Source: Marsupella aquatica
Lineage: Eukaryota; Plantae; Marchantiophyta
Direction: 5' to 3'
DNA: 64,000 nt
Assembly (NCBI GenBank): GCA_973895155.1
Contig: OZ316896.1
Span: 23,642,600 to 23,706,599, forward strand
The translations under genes and the position numbers were made by a program. The number at the start of each line of letters is the position of its first letter. Positions within the stretch are counted from its first letter, which is position 1. The notes below the pieces were generated by a model. That model saw only the letters and a program-made list of their open reading frames with translations, was not told the DNA's origin and did not search any database. Below are positions 13,162-26,569 of the stretch, in pieces.

Positions 13162-16100
13162 CGCGCCTCCGAGGTTGAGACCATGATCGTGAATATTCAT
13201 TGTAGTGATTGCACAGATTGTCTTCATCCAGGAAGCAATATCTGCTCAGCTGAGTGGCCAACGGCGTGAAATGATGCCGTGTGCTGTGTCTTCGTATTAT
13301 AAATTGTGGGAGGTCCAGTTTTGAGAATGGTTTCCACGTCTGTGTTCTTACACCAAACATTTTGTAGATACTTATCAGTTGCACAATTGTGCCATGAACT
13401 AGGAAGCAATCCATGCGCTGCTTAGCTGAGCGGCTATAGGCATGGAAATTATCCCGTGTGCCTTATGCTAATTATATTGCGGAGGGTGGACTCGACAGAA
13501 ATAAGTGAAGTTGAGATTGCACTTTCCTGATTCTACTCTTTAGCATGTGTAGTACTCCTCAACTTCTCATTTCTCCTGAAGTGCACGTTATTGTCGAGGA
13601 GTCCGTCAGCTTCCTCTGTGGTTGCCACGGAATTCTTACTGAATTAGGAGGCACTTCCAACAGAGGGGTTGGCCTGTACAATTTTGCAGTTGTGTAGCAA
13701 TGTATTAAAATCGTGCAAATTACCATCGACGAAGGATTGGTGAAGCTCACTCAAGAGAATTGGAACTTCTGCTTCTGTGTTACCGATCAATGCCTAGCAC
13801 AAGTCGTTGTCCCTGTGTTCTCTCCTTTCATCAGTTTCTTTATTGTCGTGCAGAGAGACCTTGTCTGATCAGCATATACCGTGTCTGGCTCTTTCATTCC
13901 AGTCTGAATTTCAGTCGGACCTGCATACCCGTTTGCGCTTCAGTTGAGTGTTGTCGGTTGCTTGCCTGTATTGGAGAATTGGATGTGGTCGTTTCCTAAT
14001 TTGAACAGAAAGCTCAAACATGCTGAGTCTAAGTATTGTTCTGGTAGCTGTGTTCGAGGTAAATGTACTCATTTCTGCAATCTGTTGGGAGGTTGATTGT
14101 GGGCTTGCTGCACTTCACACAGTTTATGCCAACTTTTGAGGTTCATTCGCGGAAGCTTAGAATAGATTCCATTCTTGGAACTCCAGCAGGGCAGGGTGGG
14201 GTCCTCGTTTGATCTGGAGTCCTCGTATTGGGGGCGCCTGAGGTTAATGGAGATCATGTTTAATTTTTTAATCCGAGACTAAATAGGTGTTGTTACAATG
14301 AATGAATCTTTTACATTCTTGTCCAAACCTGGATCTGTTTTGGGTGTCAACTGCTGCATCTAACATCTTGCCAGGTGTGAATTCGGTTTAGTTTCTATTC
14401 GGATGAGGAAGGGGGGATGGTGCGTCTTGTCATTTCCGGAGTGATTTGGCAGAACACAATGTACAGTTCTGTTGTTTTTGTATGATATGAACTTTTTCGA
14501 TGTGAAATGACAGCGAGGTTCACTTGCACTTCTGTGGTTCCTTAGAGATGGCTGGACCGAAGCACTTCAGTTCACAAGTGCTCTGCTTGTGTCAGAGAAG
14601 TATTCAACGTTACCAAAGAGATCAGGAAGTTCAACTCGGGCAAACTTGCACAGGAATTCGTCTGTACTGAGACGTCAATGCTCGTTGAATTACGAGACCG
14701 TTAATAAATTGGAGAAGTTGTGCTGGAACCTCTTGAGCACTGACTGTATATTGCGATATGGTCACTGGCCCGGCTAGTGTAGTATCAACGAGCCAATGAG
14801 CCAACTGTATAGTTCAGTTCGACAAGGTTGCGAAATTGTCAAACAAAATCAGAAAGGTGAGATGTTGGAAGATGACAACTTGAGAAGTACCTAAAATCAT
14901 GACCTCCTAGAGTTGCTAATGTTTAAAATCATTACGCCAATATGATGAATTTTTTGGATAACTTTAGGGTTTAGTCACGCTACCAAAACCTCTAAAATGG
15001 ACACTCTTTTGTTTATTCTTTTGTACTGTTTTTGGTCCTTTTCTGTAGTTAGTATATTACTTTTTCTATAAAAACTCTTTTTTGGTACTCTGTTTGGTCA
15101 TTTTCTGTAAAAAGTTAGTATATTACTCATTTCCATTTCTGTAAAAAGTTAGTATATTACTTTAAAATGCACTCAACTCGTTCTGTTTGTTTCGTTTTTA
15201 TTCTTTTATCTTTCTCTTAGTGTTGAATTAGATAAAACCGAAAGAAGGCTCCCCAAGCTCTCAACGCGACAAGACTGCAGTGCTATGACAGGAGGTCACC
15301 TTGAAGTCTTCATGCATTTAATTAAGAAATTCTTCCTTGGCTTTTTGGGGTTGCATCTGACTCGTTGTGAGTGTTTTGTGTTTGTCCCCTTGGATCTCTT
15401 TTGATTGTACTTTGTTTGTTCCTTTGGTATAAATTTGGTATAAATTTAAGTAATTCATCATTACTGCCCCCATGGGAATGATCACAAACAAGAAGAGTTG
15501 TTATGCAAAAAACACCAACCAAGACTATGTGTGTTTGAAACAAGTCAAAGAAAAATAATTAAACCTTGTAAATGTAAAAACAATTGAAAAATAACTTTTG
15601 GATGGGATGTGATTGATATATCAGTGCCTTTGGATGGGTTGTGATTGATATATCAGTGTTTCCAGTAGATTGTACAAGTTTTCTATTTACTTAGCAATTT
15701 TTGAAATAACCACGGGTGTAAAGAAACTCTTCAGCTAGTGTAACACTTACCAAGGCAACCTAAGAAACCATTAGGTTACTATGAAAAAGAAACACCAAGA
15801 GAACATAAGAAACCCTTTGACTATTATTTGTAAAGGGATATCAAAGGAATGTAATTAAGAAACCCATTGGTTTCTATAGCATTTTGCATGGACTAAATGG
15901 ACATAGGAGTACCAAGGGAATGTTGTGCATGCACTTCTTCCATGAATACTCTACTCATTTTTTCCTCTCATCTCCATATTCAAACCTATCCCAACATGCA
16001 ACTCTTCATGTGTTCCCATCCAAGCATGACTAGAGCTAAAAACAGTTGAGTTGGATATTTCCTAGTCTTGGTGTAACAAGCATCTAACTTAGTTGTTGAA

Positions 16101-16599
16101 TAACATCAAACTTACATTACCAAGGGGTCCTCTAACTAATTAATTAAGAAGTTCTAAAAATCCTATGTTAGCATTGACAAACTGTCTAAGGTAGTTATGT
16201 TCTTCTAATCAAAATGCAATGGTAGTAATATGTAAACAATGCATTGCTTAAAAATGTCAGCAACCTGTTTCAAAAGTGATTAGCTTTGTCCTTGAGCCAG
16301 TGCAGTCCACCAGTTTGGCCCCTTCCACTGTGACTGGTAGTGGTGGAGAGACCACTCTTCCATGTTGAACTCCCTACAAGCGCACCTTACATGCATACAC
16401 CCTGGTTAGTTAACTCTTCATCCTTAAATGATGATCCCATACTTGCAGAACATCAAGAAGAGATACTCTTGCAGAATAGCTTCACTAGCTCTAGGAGTCC
16501 CCTGAACTGGGAGGATGGCCCCTTAGTCAAATTTACATGATTTAGTTATTGGATGCATGACATGTCTATTCCTAGGTGGGTGACCTTGACCCATTATTG

Positions 16600-18500
16600 A
16601 CCCAATGCTTTTACTTGGTGATCTGGAGTTCGTTGGCTTCCCGCACTGTGACACTGGTTGTAGTTTGTCCTGGCCCCTTGGGTTTGCCTTTCTTTGGGCC
16701 CTGCTGGTCCGGGATGGGGTGGTCTTTGTAATACATTCCGTGCACTAAACCTTTTGCTAAAACAAGGAACTTGCAAATTGCCTTTGCAATACAACATGTT
16801 GACAATGTTTTAGTTTTATGGTAAAATTTCATGAGTGTTTGCCATGTTGCTACAATTAGCCTAGCATGGGTCCATTTCTAAAATTCTCCCGCTAAGAACA
16901 GCCAAGCATGAGTTGTTGAGTATGAACTGCACTTGGCGCTGGGTCAGGGGCCCCTGGGTGTGTTTCTGCAAAGTGCTCAAGGCTATCTCATGAATTCATT
17001 ATTTCCATTCTACCTCCATGAATGGACAGAAGTGCTGATTTAATTGCACATTCAAGTACTTTAGCCCACTGCTTTAGGTGATAACCATGCCCTGGCATGG
17101 ACCGATTCGGCAGAGTACAAGTTAGCCCACTGCCTTAGCTCATAATCCAGGCTTGCACAATTGAGCCAAATAGATTCATAACCCATACCTTTGGCATGGA
17201 TTACCAGGCTGTGGAAGCTTAACTAATCATTGCATGAAGGGGGGAGAGACAGTAAGGATAATAATGGTTCAAGAGTGTGTTGGGCAAGATAACTGATTTA
17301 ATACGTTTTGCACAAATGGGTTGGATTTGATCTGCCCCTGCTTGGTACAACAGAAGGGCCCAATAAAGTATAGTACTATAGTATGCGTTTGGTAAAGCCC
17401 TCTAAAGAGCAAGTTCTCCACAATAAAAGCATGAGGGCTTTCATTTTGTGGATCTACTCATACACAGGCAAGTTGAATCACCAGATTTAATTAGATCTAA
17501 TGATTGTAAAGTTAGGAATTTTAGCTTGTGGCAACCTCGGGGGGTTAACTAAGTGTATATTTTGGGATACCACGTGCGATCCTAGCCTAATATAAATAGA
17601 CCTATTTTATAAAGAAAATATCTCAAGAATATTCTCCATTTTTAATATTAATAACCTATTTTTCTTTATAAAAGGTATATATTAGAGAATATTCTATAAA
17701 CATGAGTTTATAATACCCCCGATAATACCTTCTTTTGTCTCCTACGCTTTTTAAAAACTTAGTTAATTTCTATCAAAAATACCTATTTTGGATCGCACGT
17801 GGTTCCTAAGATTTTTGATAGTCAACCCCCCGAGGTGGCAACTGTCTTCCTTAGTATAAGATAAGGGGATTGACATGGACCTAAAAAATGGTCTAGATTG
17901 ATCCATGTCATCAAAATTAATACTGCAGGTTGTGCAAATGAATCTTGGTTCTAAACTGCAACAAATAAGCAACTCACAACATAAGCAAGAACGACTGACC
18001 CATGCTTGGATAATTTAGCAGCCATATCCACCCCCTCCCCCCTTGTACTGATGGCATGTGAAAGGTCATAACCCTGTGCCTGAGTGAGCTACTTGTGTAT
18101 ATTTGACTCAGGTGTTCTGGATGCTTTGAAAGGATAAGAACAAAATGACTGCCTTTGCAATCTGTCCCCATCCATATTGCCTTTTTCTGCAGAAGTTACG
18201 CTTAGACTTGAAATCAAACCATATATATGTCACCATCCAAACACTATAATATGCAATGCGGCTCTCTTTTCCATGGTCTGTTTACAAAAAGTCATTCTGA
18301 CAGGAAGGCTCCCTGGCCCTTGGATTATGGTGACATTTTCTCCTACCATGAGATGGAACTAAGGGTGTCAAATGCACCTTTTTCATGTCCAACCTGTCAC
18401 GCTGCTCATAGCTCAGACAATCCTTGAAATAGAATGGTCAGGCAGACTCCCCTCAGCATCCAACGGCCTGGGCGTCTCAAATATGCTGATAACATTTCCT
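16600..18500 (-). pseudogene. Possible decayed MULE-type transposase remnant
   Basis: Broken minus-strand frames include CLDG (DDE-like, near 18240) and TCCIAKAICKFL (SWIM-like, near 16790); many stops. Weak recognition. Confidence 0.3.
17536..17834. mobile_element. AT-rich MITE with 8-bp TSD (hAT-like)
   Basis: Ends ctcggggggttaacta and tagtcaaccccccgag; inner inverted accacgtgcgatcc / ggatcgcacgtggt; direct repeat GTGGCAAC at 17528-17535 and 17835-17842. Confidence 0.85.
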
Positions 18501-18767
18501 GGGTTACTCTTGCTGTAAACCGCTCCTGTAGTTTTCTCTTTCTATATTTATGGATGGTTATGAGCCATAACCCCCTTGTCAGCTAGCCTAACCCAGGGAT
18601 TGTGAGATTTTGGTCAGTGGGTAGGCCTGTCTCAAGGGTTATCCAATTTCAGGAGCAATTTTCAGGTCAAAATATAGCAAAATGACACTTGGGGTTCATG
18701 CTGGCTAATCCACGGCCACTCGGAGGCCATGTGAGTAACCCCCTTGGGCTCACTCCACTCATGGATT

Positions 18768-19065
18768 ACATCCTCTAGCCCCATTGGGACCATGGGTTAC
18801 TCTACAACAATACTATGGAATGAAGGGGCATTGGACTAGTCTATCCTAGGGCATGTCAACCACTGAGTTTTGCCTCCGGGGTCACCGTCAACAACATTTT
18901 CCCAGCACTAATGTGACATCCTGTAGCCCCCTTGGGACCATGGGTTACCCTACAACAATACTATGAAACTTAGGGGCATTTGGGACTAGTCTATGCTAGG
19001 GAGTCTCAACCTCTGAGTTTTGCCTCCGGTCAAAGTCAAGAAAGTTTTCCCAAAACTAATGTGAC
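18768..19065. repeat. Tandem duplication, unit about 149 bp
   Basis: acatcct.tagccc..ttgggaccatgggttac.ctacaacaatactatg ... ctgagttttgcctccgg ... actaatgtgac starts at 18768 and 18917. Confidence 0.85.
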
Positions 19066-19171
19066 TAACTCAAAAAAGCTTGTCCACACACCTGTGCTTG
19101 CAGATCTAAACTGCTCCTTTTGGGCCCGGGATTTTTTTGTTGACCTAATGGTTTAAGACACCCTTATTAGA

Positions 19172-19315
19172 GCCCAGAGAGACATGGTTGTGTGGTAGCT
19201 CCAGACTCATAGGTCTAGACTTCAAATGTTGTGGCTGACTATTTTCTTTCTGTGGGGCTTCACAAATTTACCCTTAAAATTTTTTAAAAAGAAAGGAAAG
19301 AAAAGGAAAAAAAAA
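19172..19315 (+). mobile_element. SINE (probably tRNA-derived) with A-rich tail
   Basis: 17-bp TSD aagac(a/g)cccttattaga at 19155-19171 and 19316-19332; degenerate A box (tggttgtgtgg) and B box (acttcaaatg); A-rich tail. Confidence 0.8.
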
Positions 19316-19702
19316 AAGACGCCCTTATTAGAAGTACCCTGGGTTTTGCACCTGGGCCCCCTCCTCGTCTTGGCAAACGAACCCACTCCGGGGTTCAGGG
19401 TTCCGGGGTTCAGGGTTTGTTCTGCTCGAGGAAAACGACCCTAAATGTCTTTCATTCTCATTCTCCATTGCTTGCTTCCTGAGAGTTGAGACCTACCGTA
19501 CCTGAGCAGCAGGAGGCTGAAGACACAACGGGGGAAACTGCCAGTAGATCATTCTCTCGAGGTTCCGTCGATTATTGTCGGGTCCCTCCTGCCCGATTGC
19601 CTCTGCGGTGGTTCCGTGAGCTTGAACCGGGTTAGCTAAGATCTTCAGAGACGTGCTTTTGGACGCGGGGAGGAGGGACGAAGCAGGAGACGGTCCGGCA
19701 CC

Positions 19703-20394
19703 ATGGAGGACCTGGAATCCCTCCCGGAGGAAGACCAAAAGCGAATGGCCAACATGATCGATCGTCTGCAGATCAGCGACAGGTGCTCGTTTGTCCTACT
19801 GTTTCCTTCTCCCGCTCTGATCCTTGTCCACTTTGTTTGTGTATCTGTGTCGGGCGCAAACGGTTTCATGGTCTTTTTTCGTGGATTTTGGTTCTCTTTC
19901 GTTGTGCGCTGCCCCCTTGTTTTTATTCTTCTGCCTCGAAAGACGCTCTCCTCCTTGTTACGTCAGTCTCCATGACCGAGAAGACGCCCTAAGGCGTGAT
20001 GTTGATGTGTATGGTATGCAAGTAGGGAGAGTGAAGATTTTTCCAACACCACAGAAGTTTCTTTCCGCTTTGCACTGTGCTGCTTTTTCATTCATTGTCT
20101 CTGCTCATTTTCGGATCTGTGCACAGTCTGCGAGCGGAGATCTGAAGTGAGGGTTGTTCATCCTACTGAAAAGTTCTTGCACTTTGGAACGTTGGTTGTG
20201 TATGCAGCCTGAAGATGTACAATTCTTTGGTCGAGAGGTGCTTCAGTCATTGCGTTGAGAGTTTTCGTCGCAAAACTCTAGATAAGCAAGAAGAAGCATG
20301 TGTAAAACGCTGCGCAGAGAAGTACTTGAAGCACTCTATGCGGGTATCCATGAGATTTGCGGAGCTCAATCAAGGAAGCCCCACACCTGATTGA
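19703..20394 (+). CDS. TIM9: Mitochondrial import inner membrane translocase subunit Tim9; exons 19703-19782, 20208-20394 (88 aa)
   Basis: MEDLESLPEEDQKRMANMIDRLQISDSLKMYNSLVERCFSHCVESFRRKTLDKQEEACVKRCAEKYLKHSMRVSMRFAELNQ; twin CX3C motif. Confidence 0.96.
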
Positions 20395-21141
20395 TGGTTT
20401 CTGATGGCTAGCTATGTTCGGGGCATTCTTCTCTATTTGCCGATAGACGACGACAAATATTCGTTCCATCTTGGTCCGAGACAAATCAGATTTTCGCATT
20501 ATCTATCTCTTTCACGTAGGACGTTAGAAGGTTGGAACAAAAAAAAGTTCAAAGTTGGAAGGGAGTCAGCCGGGGCATTGGCGTGATAAACTCTAGGGAG
20601 ATCATTTAAACCGCGCCAGAAGTCCTTCGTAAGCTCAGTCTTATTAGGTAGGAAATCAAGAGCAGGCTGGTAGTGCGGGGCTCGCAATTTTGATTGATTG
20701 ATTGAGTGGATGAACATACTCTTCGTGGCTTATCTTATTATACTTTGTCCAAGAAGTGTTTAACAGGGAATTCGGGACTCTCAAATTTTCTCCACTTTCC
20801 CACTTGTCTGTGATATCTGTCGTGACTTTCTGCGCCACAATGGTAGCTATGGATGTTATCGTATTGGGTGAGAGTAATCAGTGCAAACGATGCCTCTTCG
20901 TTGCGATTACTAGTATGCCTTAACCAAGAAGCGTTTGAAATGGATTTCTGGAAATTTGTGATTTTCGACTTCCCAGTGTGCGTCTTTTAGACATCTACTA
21001 TGTCGATCAATAGGTCAATGTCTGTACTTTTGTAAGATTGTAGTTTGAACATTCTGAAATGGTATGCTAGGATAGGGTATGCGGGAATGAATATCGTAGG
21101 AAAGAATGTACTCCAAGATGTATTACTTGTTCAGGCTCGTT

Positions 21142-21558
21142 TGGCCAAACCAAAACCACTTCGGTCATGGAACTATCGGACCTGGTATAGTTTTTTTCCG
21201 ACCTGGTAGTTTCATTCAGTGTCTGCGCGACCAATCGACAAATGTCTTTGGTCATAGAGTTGGTACGATGTTGTTCACTCTGGAGTGACCAAACCAAATA
21301 TCTCCTTGATCATCGATCAATTTTGGTGACTAAACCCTAATCTCCTCCATCAAGGATCTGTTTCAGTTTTGCCCAGTGTGGGAGTGATCAAATCAAAATC
21401 TCTTCGGTTATGGATCTGGTCGTCTCTGGGAGCAAACCAAGTTCTCTTCGGTCATTTACAGGTTTTAGTGAAACTTGAATTTACAGGTTAATAAGTGACA
21501 AACTAAAATCTCTTTGGTTATTGATCTGGTAGTCGATGTGACCAAATAAAAGCCTGGT
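21142..21558. repeat. Array of about 8 degenerate 37-nt internally palindromic repeats with unequal spacers
   Basis: Consensus GTGACCAAACCAAAATCTCTTYGGTCATGGATCTGGT; units start near 21142, 21227, 21285, 21326, 21384, 21429, 21495 and 21538 (last one truncated). Confidence 0.8.
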
Positions 21559-22472
21559 ACAGTTTCCAGTGGGACCTGAATTAAAGGTTAGATAGTCACA
21601 ATTTTATCCAAACATCGTCCTTGCAGTTTTGAAATCAGGATTTCGTAAGTGAAACGCATCTGAAAGGAAATTACTCCAAAATCCTAACCTGGATGACACG
21701 GGTACCACCTAGGTAACACTCGCTCCCCATTCAACTACTGTTGCAAGCTCTGGCATTGATTTCGCTTCAACCTACTTCAGACACTTCTAGAGGGGATCTG
21801 TCCCCAACGTTAAGAGGTATGAGTTGGTGGTGTGAAGAGAAGAGCGGTCTACATTGGGTTCTGAAAGAGCGAGGACGGGTTCAACCTACGTACGGAGTAC
21901 AGTACTTCTCACTCCGAACAACACTGGGTTTGCGCTCTAGATCCTTATTTTCTGATCGACCCTGGGGTCGTAAATTATCGTCGATACACTCAAAACAGAT
22001 TCGTATTGACTTGCCCATGAGCGCAGTCGTGTGTATGAGTCTTAATAAGAGTCCCGTGACATGGAAGAGAACCACTCGATGAAGCAGGAGTTCGTAACCC
22101 ATCATCGGTACTTGCCAGATTGCAACTACCATTACTCCAAGCAAGACAATGCAGTCACCAACTTCCATCTGTGAAACCAAGGTTTCAAGTAGACCAAATG
22201 CCAGCCAAGTTGAAATTATAGTTACTGCAGATGCACTTCAATTCAGAGAGAGAGCATTTCAGAATTGCCACAAAATAACAGTAACAAAATAACATTGATG
22301 GCTTTCATGTGAGAAAGACAACGAGAGCTTTCTGACATTAACGATCCAACTGATATTTTGAGAAATTTTCTCGATTCTGACAAACATGAGCACGGCGCAT
22401 GACTGAATTCACGTCGGGTCAAGTACCACGTTTGCAAAGCTAAACCCTACTTCCCTGTTGATTGACCTCAGA

Positions 22473-22592
22473 AATCTAGGAACACTCTGTGGCTTCATGA
22501 GAGGTGGAAGAGTTGAAGATTTACCTGGTGTGAGATGTCATATTGTTAGAAGTACACTGGATTTGGTGGGAATAAAAGATCGACACCAAGAG
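22473..22592 (+). pseudogene. rps12: Plastid rps12 fragment (NUPT)
   Basis: [30 protein letters not shown] resembles plastid [30 protein letters not shown]; upstream NL/EHSV is present in shifted frames. Confidence 0.85.
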
Positions 22593-22925
22593 GAATGGAC
22601 AGCAAAGGTCCAGCACTATCTCGTCACTGGGGTCCACTATTGATCAAGGTAAAAACGCCCGGCTCCTAAGCTTTCAATACAGGTGTTGAACATTGGAGAA
22701 CTTGTACAGTGCAAATAAGTGGAATTGGGGAATGGGTTGCTCATCTAGTCAAGTTCCCAGCAAGTGTCTTGTACTTGTTTCTGGGCGTCTTGTGCTCCAT
22801 AGGAGTAAACCGAATAGATAGACTTTACCTCATCAAAATTTTCTACTGCCTCAATTATTCAATTGCTAAACCTCCCCAAAGGCTAGTCCTGGGCCCGCAT
22901 GGTCGTCGGAGTTTATTGATTAGCC

Positions 22926-24361
22926 TCAAATTTCAGCATGACCCCTTCCACCGCATTTTGGACACATTGTACTCCCCGTCCCTCCACAGCCTGCAACCAC
23001 CATCCAATGGAAGCTTTGTTACAAGCTTATGCGATCATAATGCGTCAAAAAATCATACAATTGCATAGCCTGCAGAGGAGACACAAATAGTCCGATGGGG
23101 GCGACAACAGAGGAGGGGCGAGCTGCGACACATTGAAAATCTCAAATAGCAGAATTCATGTTGAACCATACCCAGACATTTGACTTTCACGATGATACCC
23201 TGGCTCTCCAGAATTGAGTCCACGTACAACCCTGAGCCGGTGCATGTAGGACACCGAACAGCTCCTTTTGCTTGACAACCGCCACACATTGGTTTGTTTC
23301 CAATGGGTAAGGTCTCCGCTGGTACTCCAGTTGGTTTCTCGATCTTCTCCTCCGGAATTTCTTTCCCGCAATAGAGAAGGGCTTCCAGCCTACTTCGATA
23401 TTTCTCTACATCAACCCCTGGACTACCACTGGCCTGGAGAGACACGCACCCGATCTTGTCCTAATCAGTGCAAACAGACTACGAGACATGTGAAATAGAA
23501 AATCATACTTATGAATCGCTCTTTTCTAGGCACAGTCCAATGTCTTCTTCGTCATCCCGGTTCAATTACGGTGGGGGATGAGAGAACCTTCTGATCGAGT
23601 TCAGCGAACGTGCTCAAGCAGAATTTGCCCATCAGAGTTATTCAAGGCACACATTCTGAAAACGAAGATCTCTACACCTTTTCTTTGACAGACCTGTGCG
23701 TTGTGCTGTCAACGTTATCACCAAATTCACCAATTTAAAACTCTTTTCCTGGCTACATCCAGACCTACGGGTAGATCCCTGGCAAACCAACGACACGACG
23801 GAGAATCGCAATGCAATCCTCAGTAGAAGAACTTGACAGTTGCTCGACCTCAACCCCAGACAGCAGGTCAACATAGTCTAACAGCCGCATATTAGACAGT
23901 TCGAAATTGTGTGTAATTTGGAGTCAGGTAAGAACTTACTCTCCCCCACAAACATGTCATGCTTCGCTGCTGGGACTGGGTCCACACAAACTGGCTAGGG
24001 GTGTAACAGAGTGGCCACTAGTGATGCTTGCGAGAACAGGGCGCCCTTTTGCAGGGTTTCGTCCAGACGACGTAGTAATTACCCATCACAAAGAGAGAGA
24101 GAGAGCACTTACAGAGTTCCACGACATTGCTCCATTGCCTGTCGCCGAACGGATGCGCTTAAGGCCGCTTGCTCTCCGTTCCAAGGATCTCTGCGTTACT
24201 GCGCTGTCGAGCCTTACGACGGGGGTGATCACGGAGCAACAATTAGCAGGCAAGATTCTGCACTGAGCAACATCGCCCGCGGTCGAGGAGCAGGCCTGGG
24301 CAACCATAGTACAACCGCGACCCACAAAATCCAAACTGAGAACAGTCCCCGCAGAGGCCAT
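22926..24361 (-). CDS. DnaJ/Hsp40 cysteine-rich Zn-finger protein without J domain, probably plastid-targeted; exons 24361-24113, 23433-23172, 22990-22926
   Basis: Four CxxCxGxG-type motifs (CGGCQAKG, CPTCTGSG, CLGCGGTG, CPKCGGRG) with linker YVDSILESQGIIVKV; S/A/R-rich N-terminus; splice phases consistent. Confidence 0.9.
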
Positions 24362-26569
24362 GATTTTAGCAATCCGCCTTTCTTTCGTTCTATGGAATTC
24401 GCGAAAACCCTGCGTCGGTAATGATCCTGATACAAATTCCTGTTTCGCCTCCTTCCCTTCCCTGACTGGTATTGGCTCTTGTTTTGATATCCCACCCCTT
24501 CAACTCCAGCCTCTTAGTGTACTCTGCTCCCGAGTCTCATGTCCGTCCGACTTCTCTGACTTCCCATGGGCAAACCTGCTTGGTCGCCGGCACACTAAAC
24601 TTAATGTGGAACCTCAAATCCTGCTGTACAGTATCAGAGAGCTTGGTGCTCTGGTAGGTATACGTGAGAGAATGTTGGTCCAATCGCCTAGGCGCACTGT
24701 GGAGGCGATGTAATCAAGGCATGCTCGATGTTTGTAAGTCTCCCCCACCTCCAGGCCTTTGCGGGCAACCCCCCCAAAAAAGAAACAGACAGAAGATGCG
24801 ATGTAGGCAAAGGGACACGCATTGATTCCCTGCCACTCGACAAGAGCAATACCTTTGTAACGAGACGGGTGGCCCTATCGAAGGATAGAACCGGCAGAGC
24901 AGGTTGCCGGAACAAATATGCTCTCCTCCTACACGTCTAGCTACAGCAAAGAGGCTCTTGGTTGTCTGCCTCCCGCACACTTATATTTACAGGGATAATT
25001 TATAGTCGAGGAACACATTTCCCGACATAATTTTTTGAGTAGACGCAAGTGATTCAATCCTCTGGACGTTAGCACGCCTCCAGGGACTCCACACAGGAAG
25101 ACATTCCTTTGACATAACTTTCTGGAGAGGCGGTGTGCGGTTTTCTGCTGAATCCTAGAATGCCTCCAGAACCCCCAATGGCAGACAATTGGCCCAGATG
25201 CACTCCAGATCAGTTGGCATTTGAGGTAGACCTCTAAAAGGGTCTCAATCGCCCTTTTATTCATGAGCATTACAGAATTTAGAATTGGCTGAGCTGGGTG
25301 GCTTCCAGTTGAGGGAGCATGGCAAAACTGATAGGATACCAAGTAAACTGATAGGATCAGTACTTATCTCGTTGCAGAGAGTTGAGTTGAGAGTGTTAAA
25401 TGGTTGGCCGTCCAAGAGATGCAGTGAAAGGTGGAATCAATATACGTGTCCTTCTAATTTTTGAGATCCATGTACGAAACAACAACTACCACACTACTTC
25501 AATATCCGGTCCTTCCTGATTATGTAATACACTTGCCACTCCATTAATTTAGTGTGGGTCCAAACTATAGTAGTTGTCCTCAAACTGATCCCCTACCATG
25601 CTTTCTCCTTCCATACAAATCTCACAACTCCCTAGCACATTTCCCTTTCTCCCCCCTTACGAGCTCGTTATTTAGTGCTTCTCACAAAACTTATCCAACC
25701 TCACAAACTCCCCTTGTAAGCTCTTTATTCCATACTTCTCTTCGTACCCTTCGTGACCCTTGACAGTAGGTCTAGATTTACTTGGGAAGTATCCCTCTTT
25801 CTAAAGTTAATAGAGAAAGTCTAAAGAAAGGGCAAAGAGCCCAAGTAGCTAATACGTGCAACTGGCGGAACGACTCAGGCAAGGGTAAAATAAGCCGACT
25901 GAGCCAATAGTCGCCAAACCTGTGAACAAAAGCCAGTTGTAAATTTTTACTACCCCCATTTGAAAGGACGAAACCAGTCAATTGTCTAGACACCATAGAC
26001 CCGTCAAGGATGTGCAGCCACGTATAGTGTGAACGTTTAGTTTGGGTAGACTGAACAGAAAGGATGTCAAAGTTTTGTTTGGTTATCCATTCTGTTCAAA
26101 CTTGTCCGAGGAGGTGGGCGCCCGGTACTCTGTCAAGACATGTGAGGGAGGCAGGAAACCAGCAAGGCAAGTTCCAAGTAAGATTCAGTACGGAAGCCAA
26201 AATACAAGTCTTCAAAGTAAAATTTCAATCGTTCAGAGTCTGCAATATCAGAAATTAAAACTTGAACACAAATCTGGGCCTTTGTCACTCTCAAGCTAGA
26301 CGACCCAAATGATTTAACAGCTAATGCTCATCTTCTATAGGCTTCTATTTCTTGAGAGTAATTCCTTTACATACATAGAAATGAATGATATTTGGCCATT
26401 TTCACAAATTCAAGGTTAGAGTTCTTAAACAGGGACATTAGGAGCAAAAGACACCACTCATGAGAAGCAAAGACACGACATGACGAGCCAAGAGATTGAT
26501 GATATCGAGAACTAAGTCGGCTAGAAGTAACTGACAAGGTCGTATGCTAGAGCCACTGACAGAGCCGCA

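Noticed and set aside
21142-21558. CRISPR array or coding repeat
   Set aside because: Repeats are too degenerate, spacers vary from about 3 to 40 nt, there are no cas genes and the context is eukaryotic. Units are not in one frame and the NLFG-type frame is preceded by TGA in most units.
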